Positions 1 to 10,446 are shown, numbered from the stretch's first letter. The stretch is 64,000 nt of DNA from Bacteroidales bacterium (GCA_029007825.1 JAQXIO010000019.1:1259-65258); one strand, 5' to 3'. Made by a program: numbers and translations. The notes: generated by a model not told the origin, from the sequence alone.

Positions 1-288
1 GAACTGATAAAGATAATCTTTTAAATTTCCGGGAACTACCTCGTCGGAATCCACTACGAGTATCCATTCATTTGTGGCAGCAGCTATTGCAAAATTCCGG
101 GCAGGTTCTACAATTCCGGTATGTTTATGATAAACAATGCGGGAAGTATATTCTTTTGCTATTGCGACTGTTTCATCGGTGCTGTACATATCGCATATAA
201 CGATCTCGTCAAAATTACTTACTGCGTTCAGACATTTTCTGAGTGTGTTTGCCGAGTTATAAGTATTTATGACAACCGATATTTTCAT
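1..288 (-). CDS. Glycosyltransferase family 2, N-terminal part only (gene runs off the left edge)
   Basis: Absent from the ORF track because there is no stop in the window. The reverse complement of 288..1 reads MKISVVINTYNSANTLRKCLNAVSNFDEIVICDMYSTDETVAIAKEY...WILVVDSDEVV, a classic GT2 N-terminus with a DxD-like motif. ATG at 288..286. Confidence 0.8.
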   Translation of the reverse strand, partial: MKISVVINTYNSANTLRKCLNAVSNFDEIVICDMYSTDETVAIAKEYTSRIVYHKHTGIVEPARNFAIAAATNEWILVVDSDEVVPGNLKDYLYQF

Positions 289-299
289 TTTAAAAAGGC

Positions 300-1412
300 T
301 TAAATTGAAGAAGACTGAAGCTCTTTGTATAAAGCATAGGTTTTTTCTGCCATTTTTTTTGTATTGAAATCATGGGAGATCAGTTCTTCCGCATTTTTTA
401 TTAATTCTTTCGATACAGCTGGATTCTCTTTTAAATAGAGGATATTTTCCGCCAGAGTTTTATAGTCTCCGATATCTGCTAAAAGTCCGGTTTCTTTATG
501 ATGTACAGCTTCCGGTATTCCGCCTGCCCTGGTAGCGATTACGGGTATTTTGCTTTTGAACGACTCAATGATGGTGAGATTTAATCCTTCTTCTTTTGAT
601 GTTACCAACATCGCATTGAACTGAGGCATAAAGGAAGCCGCTGCCGGTTGGAAGCCCATAAAAAACAGATTCTTTGCCAGTCCGAGACTGTTGTAGGTCT
701 TCTTTAGTGCCTCCGTATATTTGGATTCTCCACCTATTTGGATGAAATATATATCTTCTTTTTGTAAAGAATGGGCTAAAAAGTCTGCTGTTAACAGAAG
801 TGTGTTCAGGTCTTTTGGGGGGGTATGATTAGCAATATTTCCTACCAGATAGGCATCGGACGGTAAAGAAAAATGTGTGCGGATATCGAAGGGTGCAGGA
901 GGAAGTTGTTCTTCTAAGTTGGTGCCGTCGTGAATAATAACAGTTTTTCCCTTATTTTTTTGATATAGATGAGGAGAGAGACTTTTCTGTACGGCTTCTG
1001 ATATGCAGATAATGGATTTTATTCCTTTACAGTTATATTTTAGCCGGCTTAAGAAGGTGCTTGTTTTGGAAAGTATATTTTTCGTATATACGCAAGGTGT
1101 TTTGATATAACCTAAGGTGTAACCGATAAAATAAGTTGCCAATGCATCGGATGTATGTATGTGGAGCAGATCCGGTTCTTTCTCGTTGAGGATAGTTCCC
1201 AGATTCCGTGCCCGGGATAATATATTTGCCTTTTTGTTGTATGATGGGTAGCAAGAAATTCCGTTCTTTTCGGCTTCCGGGATTAAAGGGCTTTTTTCTG
1301 TGCAATAGACAGCTACGGATACTCCGAATTTGTCGAGCCAGGTAACCAGCTCGAGCAGATCATGTTCTCCGCCGCCCCAATAGGTCGCCCCTGAAAAATG
1401 TAATACTTTCAT
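300..1412 (-). CDS. Glycosyltransferase family 4 (GT-B fold)
   Basis: Track ORF 300..1454. Probable start is MKVLHFSGATYWGGGEHD (ATG 1412). The C-terminal EEGLNLTIIESFKSKIPVIATRAGGIPE is the GT4 E-x7-E region. Confidence 0.85.
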   Translation of the reverse strand: MKVLHFSGATYWGGGEHDLLELVTWLDKFGVSVAVYCTEKSPLIPEAEKNGISCYPSYNKKANILSRARNLGTILNEKEPDLLHIHTSDALATYFIGYTLGYIKTPCVYTKNILSKTSTFLSRLKYNCKGIKSIICISEAVQKSLSPHLYQKNKGKTVIIHDGTNLEEQLPPAPFDIRTHFSLPSDAYLVGNIANHTPPKDLNTLLLTADFLAHSLQKEDIYFIQIGGESKYTEALKKTYNSLGLAKNLFFMGFQPAAASFMPQFNAMLVTSKEEGLNLTIIESFKSKIPVIATRAGGIPEAVHHKETGLLADIGDYKTLAENILYLKENPAVSKELIKNAEELISHDFNTKKMAEKTYALYKELQSSSI

Positions 1413-1463
1413 GCGTTTTGAATTTAAGAATTCTTGTGTTTGTAAAAATAACAATAATATCTG

Positions 1464-2600
1464 TTATCTGCCATCCTCATACAAGCGGTTATATATGCTG
1501 TATAGTTGTTCTGCTATATTTTTTCCATCGAATCGTTTTACATATTCTTTTCCCTTGTTTATCATTTCCTGCATTCGATTTTTATCCGAGAGTATTTTTG
1601 AGATCGTGAGGACTAACTCCTGTTCGTTATTCGGGTCGATATAAGCAGAATCCGGGCCTCCCGCTTCTTCAAGGCAGGAGCCTTTGGCTCCGATAACAGG
1701 AACGCCAGAGGATAAAGCTTCAATGATAGGAATTCCGAAGCCTTCGAAAAATGAAGGATATACAAAAAGGGAAGCGAGTTGGTAAAATGCAGGGAGATCA
1801 GTAAACGGCACCTGATGATAAAAATGTATTTTCTCCGATAGCCCTTTCTGTTTTACATACTCTTTTATTTTTTCGGCATAAGGGGTTGATTTTCCCACTG
1901 CTACAAGATGAATGTGGGATGGCAGAGATTCTATCGCTTTAACGACGAGCATGAGATTTTTCCTTTCTTCTATGCTTCCTACGGATAAAAGAAAAGTGGA
2001 AGGGAGATTGTATTTTTCAGATACAGTCTTTTTTTCATCTTCACTTCTTTTTGTTTTAAAACTATCGTCGCAGCCTTGATATACGACTTCAATCTTTTTT
2101 TCGGGTATACCATAGAATTTTATAATGTCTTTCTTTGTGCATTCGCTGATCGCTATAATCCGGTCTGCAACATGACAAGCGTAACGGAACTTCGAGTTAT
2201 ATATATTCCGGTCTATAAGAGAATAATACTGGGGATAACGGAGAAAAATAAGATCGTGAATAGTGACGATGGTTTTAACTCCTGTTTTTTCAATGTTCGC
2301 AGGCAGTTCTCCGCTTAGTCCGTGATATATCTGTATATTATTTTCGGCTATGGAAGAATTGATACCATAAGATCGCCATAAAGAGGGACAGATTTTCCAT
2401 AGACCGGACGGAAGGATACGTTTTACATTGTCATTATCCAACAATTTTGAAAATTGTACATTTCTTTTTTCTTTCGGGACAAAAAGGATATAATCATCTT
2501 TTTTCCCAGTTTTTAAAAGGATATCAATGATAAAACGACTGTAATTCCCTAATCCTGACAAATTGGAAGCTGCCCGCTTTGCATCGAATCCTATTTTCAT
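1464..2600 (-). CDS. Glycosyltransferase family 4 (GT-B fold)
   Basis: Track ORF 1464..2624. Start MKIGFDAKRA at ATG 2600, which overlaps the upstream stop as ATGA. YPSFFEGFGIPIIEALSSGVPVIG is the GT4 E-x7-E motif. Confidence 0.85.
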   Translation of the reverse strand: MKIGFDAKRAASNLSGLGNYSRFIIDILLKTGKKDDYILFVPKEKRNVQFSKLLDNDNVKRILPSGLWKICPSLWRSYGINSSIAENNIQIYHGLSGELPANIEKTGVKTIVTIHDLIFLRYPQYYSLIDRNIYNSKFRYACHVADRIIAISECTKKDIIKFYGIPEKKIEVVYQGCDDSFKTKRSEDEKKTVSEKYNLPSTFLLSVGSIEERKNLMLVVKAIESLPSHIHLVAVGKSTPYAEKIKEYVKQKGLSEKIHFYHQVPFTDLPAFYQLASLFVYPSFFEGFGIPIIEALSSGVPVIGAKGSCLEEAGGPDSAYIDPNNEQELVLTISKILSDKNRMQEMINKGKEYVKRFDGKNIAEQLYSIYNRLYEDGR

Positions 2601-4564
2601 GGTTGTTTCTTTTCTGTTTGCCATGAGAGGCGGTTTTCAACTATCCTGTGGGTATATTCCTGTAAAAATGCTTTAAGCAATTTTTCCATTTGATGTGCTT
2701 TTTCAGGCATATCGGAAATAATATTTTTTTGTAGAAGCGGGTCTGTTTCTTTATCGAACATGGCCACGCTTTGCTCTCCGTTGAATTGCAGAAGATAGGG
2801 ACCTTGTACGATTTGATATTGGTTGTTTACGTTATTAACAGCAAAACGTCCGGATATAGGATCTGAAAATATATTTTGTCCCACAGCAATAAATGGTTCG
2901 TTGTAGCCGAGGTAACCCAGAATGGATGGAAATATATCCAGTTGCGAAGCTGTCAGGGTGTCGATTTGTGGAGCAATGCTTCCGTCCGGAGTAAAGAAGA
3001 TTAAAGGCACTTTGTAGAGTGTATTGGGCGAATTATAGAGTGGGTTTTCCATAATGGAACCATGATCGGCTGTTATGACAAAAAGCGTATTGTCATACCA
3101 ATCCGTTTTTTGGGCCTCTTTGAAGAAGTCGCTCAATACTTCGTCTACGTATTCAACCATTTGATCCATTGTCCGGTCAGGTGATTTATATTTTCCTTTG
3201 TAAGCCTCAGGAAGGGCATAAGGACCATGTGAGGAGATTGTGAACCAGGAAGCCAGAAACGGCTGTGTAGTGTGTTGCAGGTCGTTCAATATATAAGCGG
3301 CCATCTTATCATCGAAAATGCCCCACGTGCCATCAAAATCTTCTTCATTATTATATTCTTCCCGTCCGATAAATTTATGGTATCCGATGCTTTTTGAGAA
3401 TGTTTCGAAAGCATACGATCCTTTATTACAACCACAATAAAAAGCAGATTGATATCCTTTTTTTGCAAGGAGAGCTGGTAAACCGTCTATCGTATTATGG
3501 TTATAGGGAGAACTCATATAGAAAAAGCTTTTAAATGCAGGGAATCCGCCTAATATGGCATTGATGCCTTCGCTCGAACGTCTTCCTGTCGAATAGGTGT
3601 TTTTACAGATATAGCTTTCGGAACATAATGAATCGAGAAACGGAGTAAGACTTTTGTATGATGGGTCTAAAGACAGGTTATTGAATTTTTCGATAAAAGA
3701 GGCTCCTATTCCTTCTAAAATGATCAATACGATATTTTTTTGCCTAAATGCTGTTTCATTTTTCGTTGGGACATGTATCGGCGAATATATGGAAGCAACA
3801 GAATCCTGAGGCATATAATCCATTATTTCCACAACTTCTCTTTTGCCGATCGAGCGCATCATTGTAAAAGGTGTATTTAGTACCAGATTTACGTCTCTGT
3901 TATTATGTGTGTAGGTAATAGCGTCAGCGATTGCGATGGGATAACCGTCCTGTATTCCACCCCGTATGCCTATAAGAATGATCCCGGCCAAAACCGGAAT
4001 TAAGCACCATTGTAAGATGGTTTGAAGTTTTTTATTCGTAAATGTAATGGGCTTTATCTCTACTCTTTCCGATAAATAGATTAAAAGTAAGATCAGGAGA
4101 ATCCCTCCGGCAAGCAAAGGCCAGTAATGGAGGGTCTGATTTATAAAAATCCCGATGGCATTGTTGTCTTGCCCCAGCTCTTTGAAAAACATTGCCCTTG
4201 TCCGGGTATTGGTAAAACGGAAATAGCCTGTGTCTCCTACATTCGCTGCGATTCCGAGTCCGTTACATACTGCAAATACAATATTTGTAGTCTTGATATA
4301 TCCTTTTTTATATACGAAACGGAAAGGTAAAACGCGCATAACGATAAAAAGGATGTTGAGATAGAGTATTGCCGTGAGGTCGAAGCGTAATCCGCCTAAA
4401 AAGATTCTGGCTAAAGAGGAAAACGGAATGTCGTTGAATTGGTCGATATTGTAAATATAAAAGAACAGACGGCATGCGGAAAAAAGGAACATTGCAACCA
4501 GCAGTTGATATAAGGTTGCCAGGTAGATATTGGTGGAAAAACGTTTTTTTAAGGGACAAGACAT
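2597..4564 (-). CDS. LTA-synthase-family membrane sulfatase-fold transferase (phosphoglycerol or phosphoethanolamine transferase-like)
   Basis: 655 aa. Several N-terminal TM helices precede an alkaline-phosphatase/sulfatase domain (IVLIILEGIGASF, LFVITADHGS). Confidence 0.8.
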   Translation of the reverse strand: MSCPLKKRFSTNIYLATLYQLLVAMFLFSACRLFFYIYNIDQFNDIPFSSLARIFLGGLRFDLTAILYLNILFIVMRVLPFRFVYKKGYIKTTNIVFAVCNGLGIAANVGDTGYFRFTNTRTRAMFFKELGQDNNAIGIFINQTLHYWPLLAGGILLILLLIYLSERVEIKPITFTNKKLQTILQWCLIPVLAGIILIGIRGGIQDGYPIAIADAITYTHNNRDVNLVLNTPFTMMRSIGKREVVEIMDYMPQDSVASIYSPIHVPTKNETAFRQKNIVLIILEGIGASFIEKFNNLSLDPSYKSLTPFLDSLCSESYICKNTYSTGRRSSEGINAILGGFPAFKSFFYMSSPYNHNTIDGLPALLAKKGYQSAFYCGCNKGSYAFETFSKSIGYHKFIGREEYNNEEDFDGTWGIFDDKMAAYILNDLQHTTQPFLASWFTISSHGPYALPEAYKGKYKSPDRTMDQMVEYVDEVLSDFFKEAQKTDWYDNTLFVITADHGSIMENPLYNSPNTLYKVPLIFFTPDGSIAPQIDTLTASQLDIFPSILGYLGYNEPFIAVGQNIFSDPISGRFAVNNVNNQYQIVQGPYLLQFNGEQSVAMFDKETDPLLQKNIISDMPEKAHQMEKLLKAFLQEYTHRIVENRLSWQTEKKQP

Positions 4565-4761
4565 TTTACATACAGAGATTTAATCGTGTACTAAAGGAAA
4601 TAAACAGTTTGTAATACAAATTTAATGCTTATTCTTTGATATTTATCTCTTACTGTTTTATTTTACTCTGTTCATGCTGCCGGCAATCCGATTTTATGTT
4701 ACTTTGCAGAGTGTATAAACAGAGTTTTTCATACATATTGAATATTTTATTTGTTTCCTGA

Positions 4762-5580
4762 ATGATTAGTATAATTACTACGGTTTATAATCAACTCGGT
4801 ATGAATAAGCTTTTTCTGGAATATCTGGAAAAGAATACGACGGTTCCGTACGAGTTGATTATCATAGATAATAATTCTGAAGATGGCTCGGGAGAGTTTT
4901 TTAAAGGGCGTGATAATGTCGTTGTCATCAGAAATGACGGAAATTATAGTTATCCTTATACCCAGAATCAGGGAATAAAGGCTGCAAAATACGATATACT
5001 GGCTTTCTTTAATAACGATATTATCGTTTCAAAGAATTGGGATGTACACCTTCTCGAGGTTTTGTCGAAACATAATCTCGAAACGGTATCGTTCGCTACG
5101 AACGATCGTATAGGCCCAAAGTCTGAAACTAAGCGTTTTAATAAAAAGTGGAGGATGATAAAATATCCTATGAATTTCTTTTTCGGAACGGGCTACGAAA
5201 GCCTGAAATGGATGTTCCGGCTGATGTATCCCGATTATAATACTTTTACGGAAAAACGTTTTGATGAATGGGGACTGCAGATCGAAGAGGGCTTTTCTGG
5301 TTGTGCTATCGTAATGAAGAAAAGTGCTATTGACAAAATCGGATTGTGGGACGAACGTATTCAGGGAGCGGATTATGATTTTTATTGCAGGACAAAAGAG
5401 CGTTGGAATACGCATAAAGATATTATTCCTTTATCCATAGCGAAAGGAATATATTTTCATCATTACCAGCGGTTAACGCTGAAAGCCAAGTTCCCGCCTT
5501 TTGCAGATAGGGATAACCTTATTTCGTTGTCGGACAAATGGGGAGGGAAAGAAGCATTATATATGAAGGATCTCCGTTAG
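4762..5580 (+). CDS. Glycosyltransferase family 2
   Basis: 272 aa. MISIITTVYNQLGMNKLFLEYLEKNTTVPYELIIIDNNSEDGS is the GT2 N-terminal motif set. Confidence 0.85.
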   Translation: MISIITTVYNQLGMNKLFLEYLEKNTTVPYELIIIDNNSEDGSGEFFKGRDNVVVIRNDGNYSYPYTQNQGIKAAKYDILAFFNNDIIVSKNWDVHLLEVLSKHNLETVSFATNDRIGPKSETKRFNKKWRMIKYPMNFFFGTGYESLKWMFRLMYPDYNTFTEKRFDEWGLQIEEGFSGCAIVMKKSAIDKIGLWDERIQGADYDFYCRTKERWNTHKDIIPLSIAKGIYFHHYQRLTLKAKFPPFADRDNLISLSDKWGGKEALYMKDLR

Positions 5581-5669
5581 AAAAAGGGGTAAGTGAATCG
5601 TGAGTTTTATGTAGATTTAGCCTTATTATGTAATTTGTCCGGAACATAAGACCAGAAAAGCGGTCGACA

Positions 5670-6245
5670 TTATTTATTACGTATGAGATTGATGAATTCT
5701 TCCCGTGTTTTGGCTTGATTGAAGGCTCCGGTAAAATCGGAAGTAGTCGTGACGGAGTTTTGCTTTTCAGCTCCTCTCATTTGCATACACATGTGTTGGG
5801 CCTCGATTACAACCATAACTCCGAGGGGTTTTAATGCGTCTTGAATACAATCTTTTATTTGAGTGGTGAGTCTTTCCTGTATTTGTAAACGGCGGGCAAA
5901 TACGTCAACGACACGGGCGATCTTGCTGAGGCCTGTTATATACTGATTGGGAATGTATGCTACATGGGCTTTCCCGAAGAATGGAAGCATATGGTGCTCG
6001 CAAAGAGAGAAAAAATCAATGTCTTTCACGATTACCATTTGCTTGTAATCTTCTTTGAAAATGGCGGAAGATAATATTTTCTGAGGGTCCTGGCTATATC
6101 CTTTCGTGAGATACATCATTGCTTTGGCAACTCGTTCCGGTGTCTTTACCAACCCTTCCCGTTCCGGATCTTCTCCCAGTAATTTAATTATGGATTTATA
6201 GTTTGAAGCAAGTGCTTCCCGGTTGTTTTCCTCGTTTTCTAACAT
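5670..6245 (-). CDS. folE: GTP cyclohydrolase I
   Basis: 191 aa. [22 protein letters not shown] and [13 protein letters not shown] are FolE zinc and active-site signatures. Confidence 0.95.
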   Translation of the reverse strand: MLENEENNREALASNYKSIIKLLGEDPEREGLVKTPERVAKAMMYLTKGYSQDPQKILSSAIFKEDYKQMVIVKDIDFFSLCEHHMLPFFGKAHVAYIPNQYITGLSKIARVVDVFARRLQIQERLTTQIKDCIQDALKPLGVMVVIEAQHMCMQMRGAEKQNSVTTTSDFTGAFNQAKTREEFINLIRNK

Positions 6246-6254
6246 ACCTGATAT

Positions 6255-6725
6255 TTATAGAGGGATTGTAATTTCTTCACGGACAACATACATCTCTTTT
6301 CCGAAATTCGGAAACTCTTTCATTAATTGCCGGAGAAGAAGGTAGGCCTCTTCGTAATTTCTGAAATCACCTACCCGAAGCCGCCAGAAAGGCGATTTGT
6401 AAGTAATATAGGTAGATATTTCACTATTGAATTCTTTTACTAATTGCTCTTTCTTGAAAGCTTCTTCCTTCGACAGGCGCTGGTTGTTTCCTGAAAAAAC
6501 CTGTACACGGTATCCTGAAATTTTAATGTGTTCTTTTTCAGTACTCGGGCTGGATGCTGAATTTCGCTTTCCGATTATGTCCGAGATTTGAGCATCCTGA
6601 TGAATTGTCACTTTTCCTTCACCGAATTCGTTTTTTTGTATTTTATCGATAATCGAATTCTGGTTCTGACTAAACCCTGCTGAAATGACGGTCCAAAAAA
6701 GAAAACAAACCAGTTGAAACTTCAT
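6255..6725 (-). CDS. SPOR domain-containing protein (secreted)
   Basis: Signal peptide plus a C-terminal SPOR repeat (GYRVQVFSGNN...WRLRVGDFRNYEEA). Start moved to ATG 6725 (MKFQLV...) because a -7 box at 6741..6748 overlaps the longer track start at 6743. Confidence 0.8.
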   Translation of the reverse strand: MKFQLVCFLFWTVISAGFSQNQNSIIDKIQKNEFGEGKVTIHQDAQISDIIGKRNSASSPSTEKEHIKISGYRVQVFSGNNQRLSKEEAFKKEQLVKEFNSEISTYITYKSPFWRLRVGDFRNYEEAYLLLRQLMKEFPNFGKEMYVVREEITIPL

Positions 6726-6740
6726 GATAGCTATTTTTTG

Positions 6741-6748
6741 CAAAGTTA
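6741..6748 (-). promoter_or_regulatory. Bacteroidota -7 box (TAACTTTG on the minus strand) upstream of the SPOR/folE genes
   Basis: Matches the TAnnTTTG consensus. It lies 16 nt upstream of ATG 6725. Confidence 0.45.
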
Positions 6749-6763
6749 CGAAAAAGAGTCGGT

Positions 6764-6805
6764 TAAAAAAAAAGTCTGCAATTTGTAAATTGCAGACTCT
6801 TTTTA
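6764..6805 (-). terminator. Rho-independent terminator downstream of tpiA
   Basis: Stem AGTCTGCAATTT (6773..6784) pairs with AATTGCAGACT (6788..6798), with A/T runs on both sides. A T-tract follows on the minus strand. Confidence 0.7.
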
Positions 6806-6817
6806 TGGAATTGAAAA

Positions 6818-7576
6818 TTAATTGAATGCTTCTATAATAGGCATAAATTTGGCAGCTTCCAGAGAGGCTCCACCAATAAGACCTCCGTCAACGTCCGGAT
6901 TTGAGAAAAGTTCTTTTGCATTTGAGGCATTACAGCTTCCTCCGTAAAGGATAGAAGTATTATCTGCTATTTCTTTTCCGTATTTTTCTGCCAGTGTTTT
7001 CCGTATAAATGCATGCATTTCCTGAGCCTGTGCAGCAGTTGCCGTTTTTCCTGTTCCGATTGCCCAAACAGGTTCGTAAGCTAAAACGATTTTGCCGAAA
7101 TCTTCTGCTGATAAATTGAAAAGAGATTCTTCAATTTGTTTTTTTACCACATCAAAATGTTTTCCGGATTCTCTTTCTTCCAGAACTTCTCCGATACAGA
7201 AAATAGGAGTAAGTTTATTTTCTAATGCCAGTAACACTTTGTTTTTTAGTATTTCGCTTGTTTCTCCGTAGTATGCACGACGTTCGGAGTGTCCCAAAAT
7301 AACATATTTGGCACCTGTCGAAGCAACCATAGCCGCAGAAACTTCTCCTGTATATGCGCCGGATGCTTTATCTGCTGCATTTTCTGCCGCAACTCCGATG
7401 ATAGAACCTTTAACTTCTTCCACAACACTAGCTAGGTGGATAAAAGGTGTACCAACAATTACTTCGCAATTTACTTTTTTACCGGCAAGTGCGTCTTTTA
7501 CGCTTTTAGCCAATTCGATACCCTCTTGAAGGGTTTTGTTCATTTTCCAGTTTCCTGCAACAATGTTCTTTCTCAT
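6818..7576 (-). CDS. tpiA: Triose-phosphate isomerase
   Basis: 252 aa. Motifs [27 protein letters not shown] and IGGASL. Confidence 0.95.
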   Translation of the reverse strand: MRKNIVAGNWKMNKTLQEGIELAKSVKDALAGKKVNCEVIVGTPFIHLASVVEEVKGSIIGVAAENAADKASGAYTGEVSAAMVASTGAKYVILGHSERRAYYGETSEILKNKVLLALENKLTPIFCIGEVLEERESGKHFDVVKKQIEESLFNLSAEDFGKIVLAYEPVWAIGTGKTATAAQAQEMHAFIRKTLAEKYGKEIADNTSILYGGSCNASNAKELFSNPDVDGGLIGGASLEAAKFMPIIEAFN

Positions 7577-7587
7577 ATTTCAATAAA

Positions 7588-8844
7588 TTAAGAATGATTT
7601 GAGTTTTCTTTTTTCTTTTTCTTTATCATTGCCGTACCGAGAGGTACAATTAACAGTGCGATCGCAATAAGTAGTTGGTTCCTGTTTTTTTTATGTGCAA
7701 TTACTTCAAACGGAATATCCTGCAAAGGCTTTTCAAAAAAATCTTCACCCGGGATCTGAAATGCAGACCATTTGTATAATATTTTGCCTTCTTTTATGAG
7801 CAAGAGTCCGGAATTTGAACGTATAATCGTTTTTAATAGAATTTCATCGGCTTTTAAAAATGGATAATCCGCTCCTGTGTTATCTTTCCATATTTCGATT
7901 TCAGTATCTGAAGAGGCTGTCACTCCATAAAATTTGTAATGATGCTCTGTAGAATAGTCGTATAAATCATTAATCAAATCGGCCTTTGAGTCATTTGCCT
8001 TTTTCAGATTATGGGAGATTAACAGAAATGTGAAATCGGGAGAGGTAAGTATTTCATCGGTAATGTTTTCTCCTTCTTTATTAAGAAGCACGAATTGTTC
8101 TGAATGTTGTGCATTGCTTGAATTTTTCTCTACCGTTATGGCATCTATGAAGACCCAGGTGGTGTCATCTGCCGGGTAGTTATCAATGGTAAACTCTTTT
8201 TTTATACCCTCTTTTTCATAGATGAAAGTGGTTTCGAACTGTGGTTCTTCCGATGAAGTGTCTACGTCGGAAGAGAGAGGAATCGTCGCTCCTACTTTGT
8301 ATGGCCTGAAATCGATGAGTGGAAGCCCCCATGTTGTACAGTAGACAGATAATCCTATCGGGTATATCGTACATAGAAAGAGAGTAAAGAATGCATGATT
8401 TCTGGGAATCAGGCTGGTGAGTTGCTTGCAATATAGAAAAAGAAGTATGGCGCATCCCAATAATACTATATTCTTCCAGAATGTAGCCCAATTCGATATA
8501 ACCCATGCATCACCGAAGCATCCGCAATCACTTATCGGGTTCTTTATTGCAAGATAAAGAGTGAGAGGGGTCATGATACAAAGGAAAATCAGTGCCAAAG
8601 TAGATGAAAATTTTCTGAAGATTCCCAGTAATAAGAGTAATCCGATAAGAAACTCGATAGTAGAGAGTAAAATTGAAAGTGGGAAGGCCAGCATACTGAA
8701 AAAATCAAGTCCGAAAGCATGCAGATAGTCTCCTATTTTGTAGGTTGTTCCTAATGGATCAATGCTTTTTACAAATCCCGAAAAAACGAAGAGGACTCCT
8801 ACGATGATTCGGGCTGTTTCTGCTATTACTTTAGTTTTTTTCAT
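7588..8844 (-). CDS. MauE/DoxX-family membrane protein with a C-terminal thioredoxin-fold-like domain
   Basis: 418 aa. N-terminal TM helices carry SDCGCFGD (MauE/DoxX type). The soluble C-terminal domain has no CxxC. Confidence 0.65.
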   Translation of the reverse strand: MKKTKVIAETARIIVGVLFVFSGFVKSIDPLGTTYKIGDYLHAFGLDFFSMLAFPLSILLSTIEFLIGLLLLLGIFRKFSSTLALIFLCIMTPLTLYLAIKNPISDCGCFGDAWVISNWATFWKNIVLLGCAILLFLYCKQLTSLIPRNHAFFTLFLCTIYPIGLSVYCTTWGLPLIDFRPYKVGATIPLSSDVDTSSEEPQFETTFIYEKEGIKKEFTIDNYPADDTTWVFIDAITVEKNSSNAQHSEQFVLLNKEGENITDEILTSPDFTFLLISHNLKKANDSKADLINDLYDYSTEHHYKFYGVTASSDTEIEIWKDNTGADYPFLKADEILLKTIIRSNSGLLLIKEGKILYKWSAFQIPGEDFFEKPLQDIPFEVIAHKKNRNQLLIAIALLIVPLGTAMIKKKKKENSNHS

Positions 8845-8850
8845 CCGGAA

Positions 8851-9393
8851 TTATTCTCCAAATTCTAATTTAATTAATCCGAACAGGGCATAGTTAACCA
8901 TGTCCATATAATTAGCTCCGATTCCTTCTGAGACCAGAGTTTTGCCTTTATTATCTTCAATCTGTTTAGTCCGGTATATTTTCATGAGAATCAAGTCTGT
9001 GTAGGAACTGATCCGCATAGATCTCCATGCTTCATCGTAGTCGTGATTTTTCGCATACATCAGTTCTTTAGTTTCCGTCATATATTTATCATAGAGGGCT
9101 ATTGCCTCGTCATTCGATATATCGACGGATTCTATATGGTTCAGTTCTAATTGAATGAGGCCGATGATTCCATAATTTACGATTGCGATGAATTCTCCTT
9201 TTATACCTTCAGCAATTTTGCTTTCTTCTTTTGTTTCGAGTGTGCGGATCCGGTTTGCTTTAATGAATATCTGGTCGGTAACGGATTCGGGCCGCATAAT
9301 TCTCCATGAAGCGCCGTAATCTTTTAACTTATTGCAGAATAGTGTTCTACATATGTTGATAACGTACTCAAACTGATCCCGTGTCTTTTCCAT
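8851..9393 (-). CDS. DUF1599-type protein (family name from memory)
   Basis: 180 aa with an internal duplication (KDYGASWRIMRP... and HDYDEAWRSMRIS...). It sits in the conserved Bacteroidales neighbourhood with tpiA and folE. Confidence 0.6.
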   Translation of the reverse strand: MEKTRDQFEYVINICRTLFCNKLKDYGASWRIMRPESVTDQIFIKANRIRTLETKEESKIAEGIKGEFIAIVNYGIIGLIQLELNHIESVDISNDEAIALYDKYMTETKELMYAKNHDYDEAWRSMRISSYTDLILMKIYRTKQIEDNKGKTLVSEGIGANYMDMVNYALFGLIKLEFGE

Positions 9394-9464
9394 TGCAATA
9401 ACGCTCTATTTTCTGCAAAAATACACAATAAATCGCAGATTTCTATTCGGTTCGGTATAAAAAC

Positions 9465-9499
9465 AATGAGGTATGGTTACAAAATAGCCATACCTCATT
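9465..9499 (-). terminator. Rho-independent terminator downstream of the M23 peptidase gene
   Basis: Stem AATGAGGTATGG (9465..9476) pairs with CCATACCTCATT (9488..9499). On the minus strand it is followed by GTTTTTAT. Confidence 0.65.
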
Positions 9500-9518
9500 A
9501 GAAAGTTGTTACATCAGG

Positions 9519-10430
9519 TTAATTGCATCGGATAGATTGTCCGATACGCAATACGCTTGATGTAGAGAGTTTATTTAATTTACACAATTGAGTCACAGTC
9601 GTCCTGTATCTTTTTGCGATTACATAAAGAGAATCGCCTTGTTTTACTTTATGATAAACAATACCTTCGTTATTTGGTGTCCCGTAAACAGGTAGAGTTG
9701 CTTTTCTCTTTACAAAAGTGTAGGAGTCTTTGTGTGGCACAAAGTTTTGGAAGTCTATGATTTCTTCAGGATTTATAGCAATTCCTAAGAAGCGTGTTTC
9801 AAAATGGAGATGAGAACCGGTAGAACGACCGGTATTGCCGCCCAATGCGATTGGTTGTCCGGCTTTGATGATATCGTTTTCTTTTACGAGGAACTTGGAT
9901 AAATGACCGTAAACGGTTTCCAATCCGTTGTTATGGCGTATAACCAGATAGTAGCCATAGCCTTTTCTTTCGTAATGGCGGATACGGACTTTTCCGTCGA
10001 AAGCAGCAACAATAGTATCTCCTACCTGTACTTTTAAATCGATCCCTTTGTGTTGCCGATAACGCCGGGGGCCGAATCTGGATGTGATTTTACCCTCGAC
10101 CGGTATAATAAAAGAGGAACAATCGACAGTAAAAGAATCCGGAATTTGTACCCCTTTATAGGGATTAACCCGTTCATTTGTCCAAGAGGCATAAAGATCG
10201 TCTGCAGGAAACATTTCCTCTTCTTCGGCGATTGCATCTTCCAGAATCAGAGAGTCCAGTAGTTCGATTTCTCTTCTTATGGGAGAGTTTGCTGCAAATT
10301 TTGTTTGTTTATCGTTTTCAATAACTACCCGTATGGAGCCTGTACTTATTTTATCGTCTGCATATCCTTGTTTGAAAGAGGATAGAGAGATAATCGAAAG
10401 GACAAGAATTATAGATGTTTTTATGTTCAT
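9519..10430 (-). CDS. M23 family metallopeptidase with a C-terminal LysM domain
   Basis: 303 aa. Signal peptide, then HKGIDL and GNTGRSTGSHLHFE (LytM metal ligands). LysM region: YHKVKQGDSLYVIAKRYRTTVTQLCKLNKL. Confidence 0.9.
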   Translation of the reverse strand: MNIKTSIILVLSIISLSSFKQGYADDKISTGSIRVVIENDKQTKFAANSPIRREIELLDSLILEDAIAEEEEMFPADDLYASWTNERVNPYKGVQIPDSFTVDCSSFIIPVEGKITSRFGPRRYRQHKGIDLKVQVGDTIVAAFDGKVRIRHYERKGYGYYLVIRHNNGLETVYGHLSKFLVKENDIIKAGQPIALGGNTGRSTGSHLHFETRFLGIAINPEEIIDFQNFVPHKDSYTFVKRKATLPVYGTPNNEGIVYHKVKQGDSLYVIAKRYRTTVTQLCKLNKLSTSSVLRIGQSIRCN

Positions 10431-10446
10431 TTGTTATAAATATCCT

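Noticed and set aside
4663-4731. A ~12-bp imperfect inverted repeat (ACTCTGTTCAT / ATAAACAGAGT) flanking a promoter-like TTACTTTG between the divergent glycan genes, considered as an invertible phase-variable promoter.
   Set aside because: The repeats are short and only about 40 nt apart, whereas known Bacteroides invertible promoters span about 200-300 bp with longer IRs. No site-specific invertase gene is nearby.
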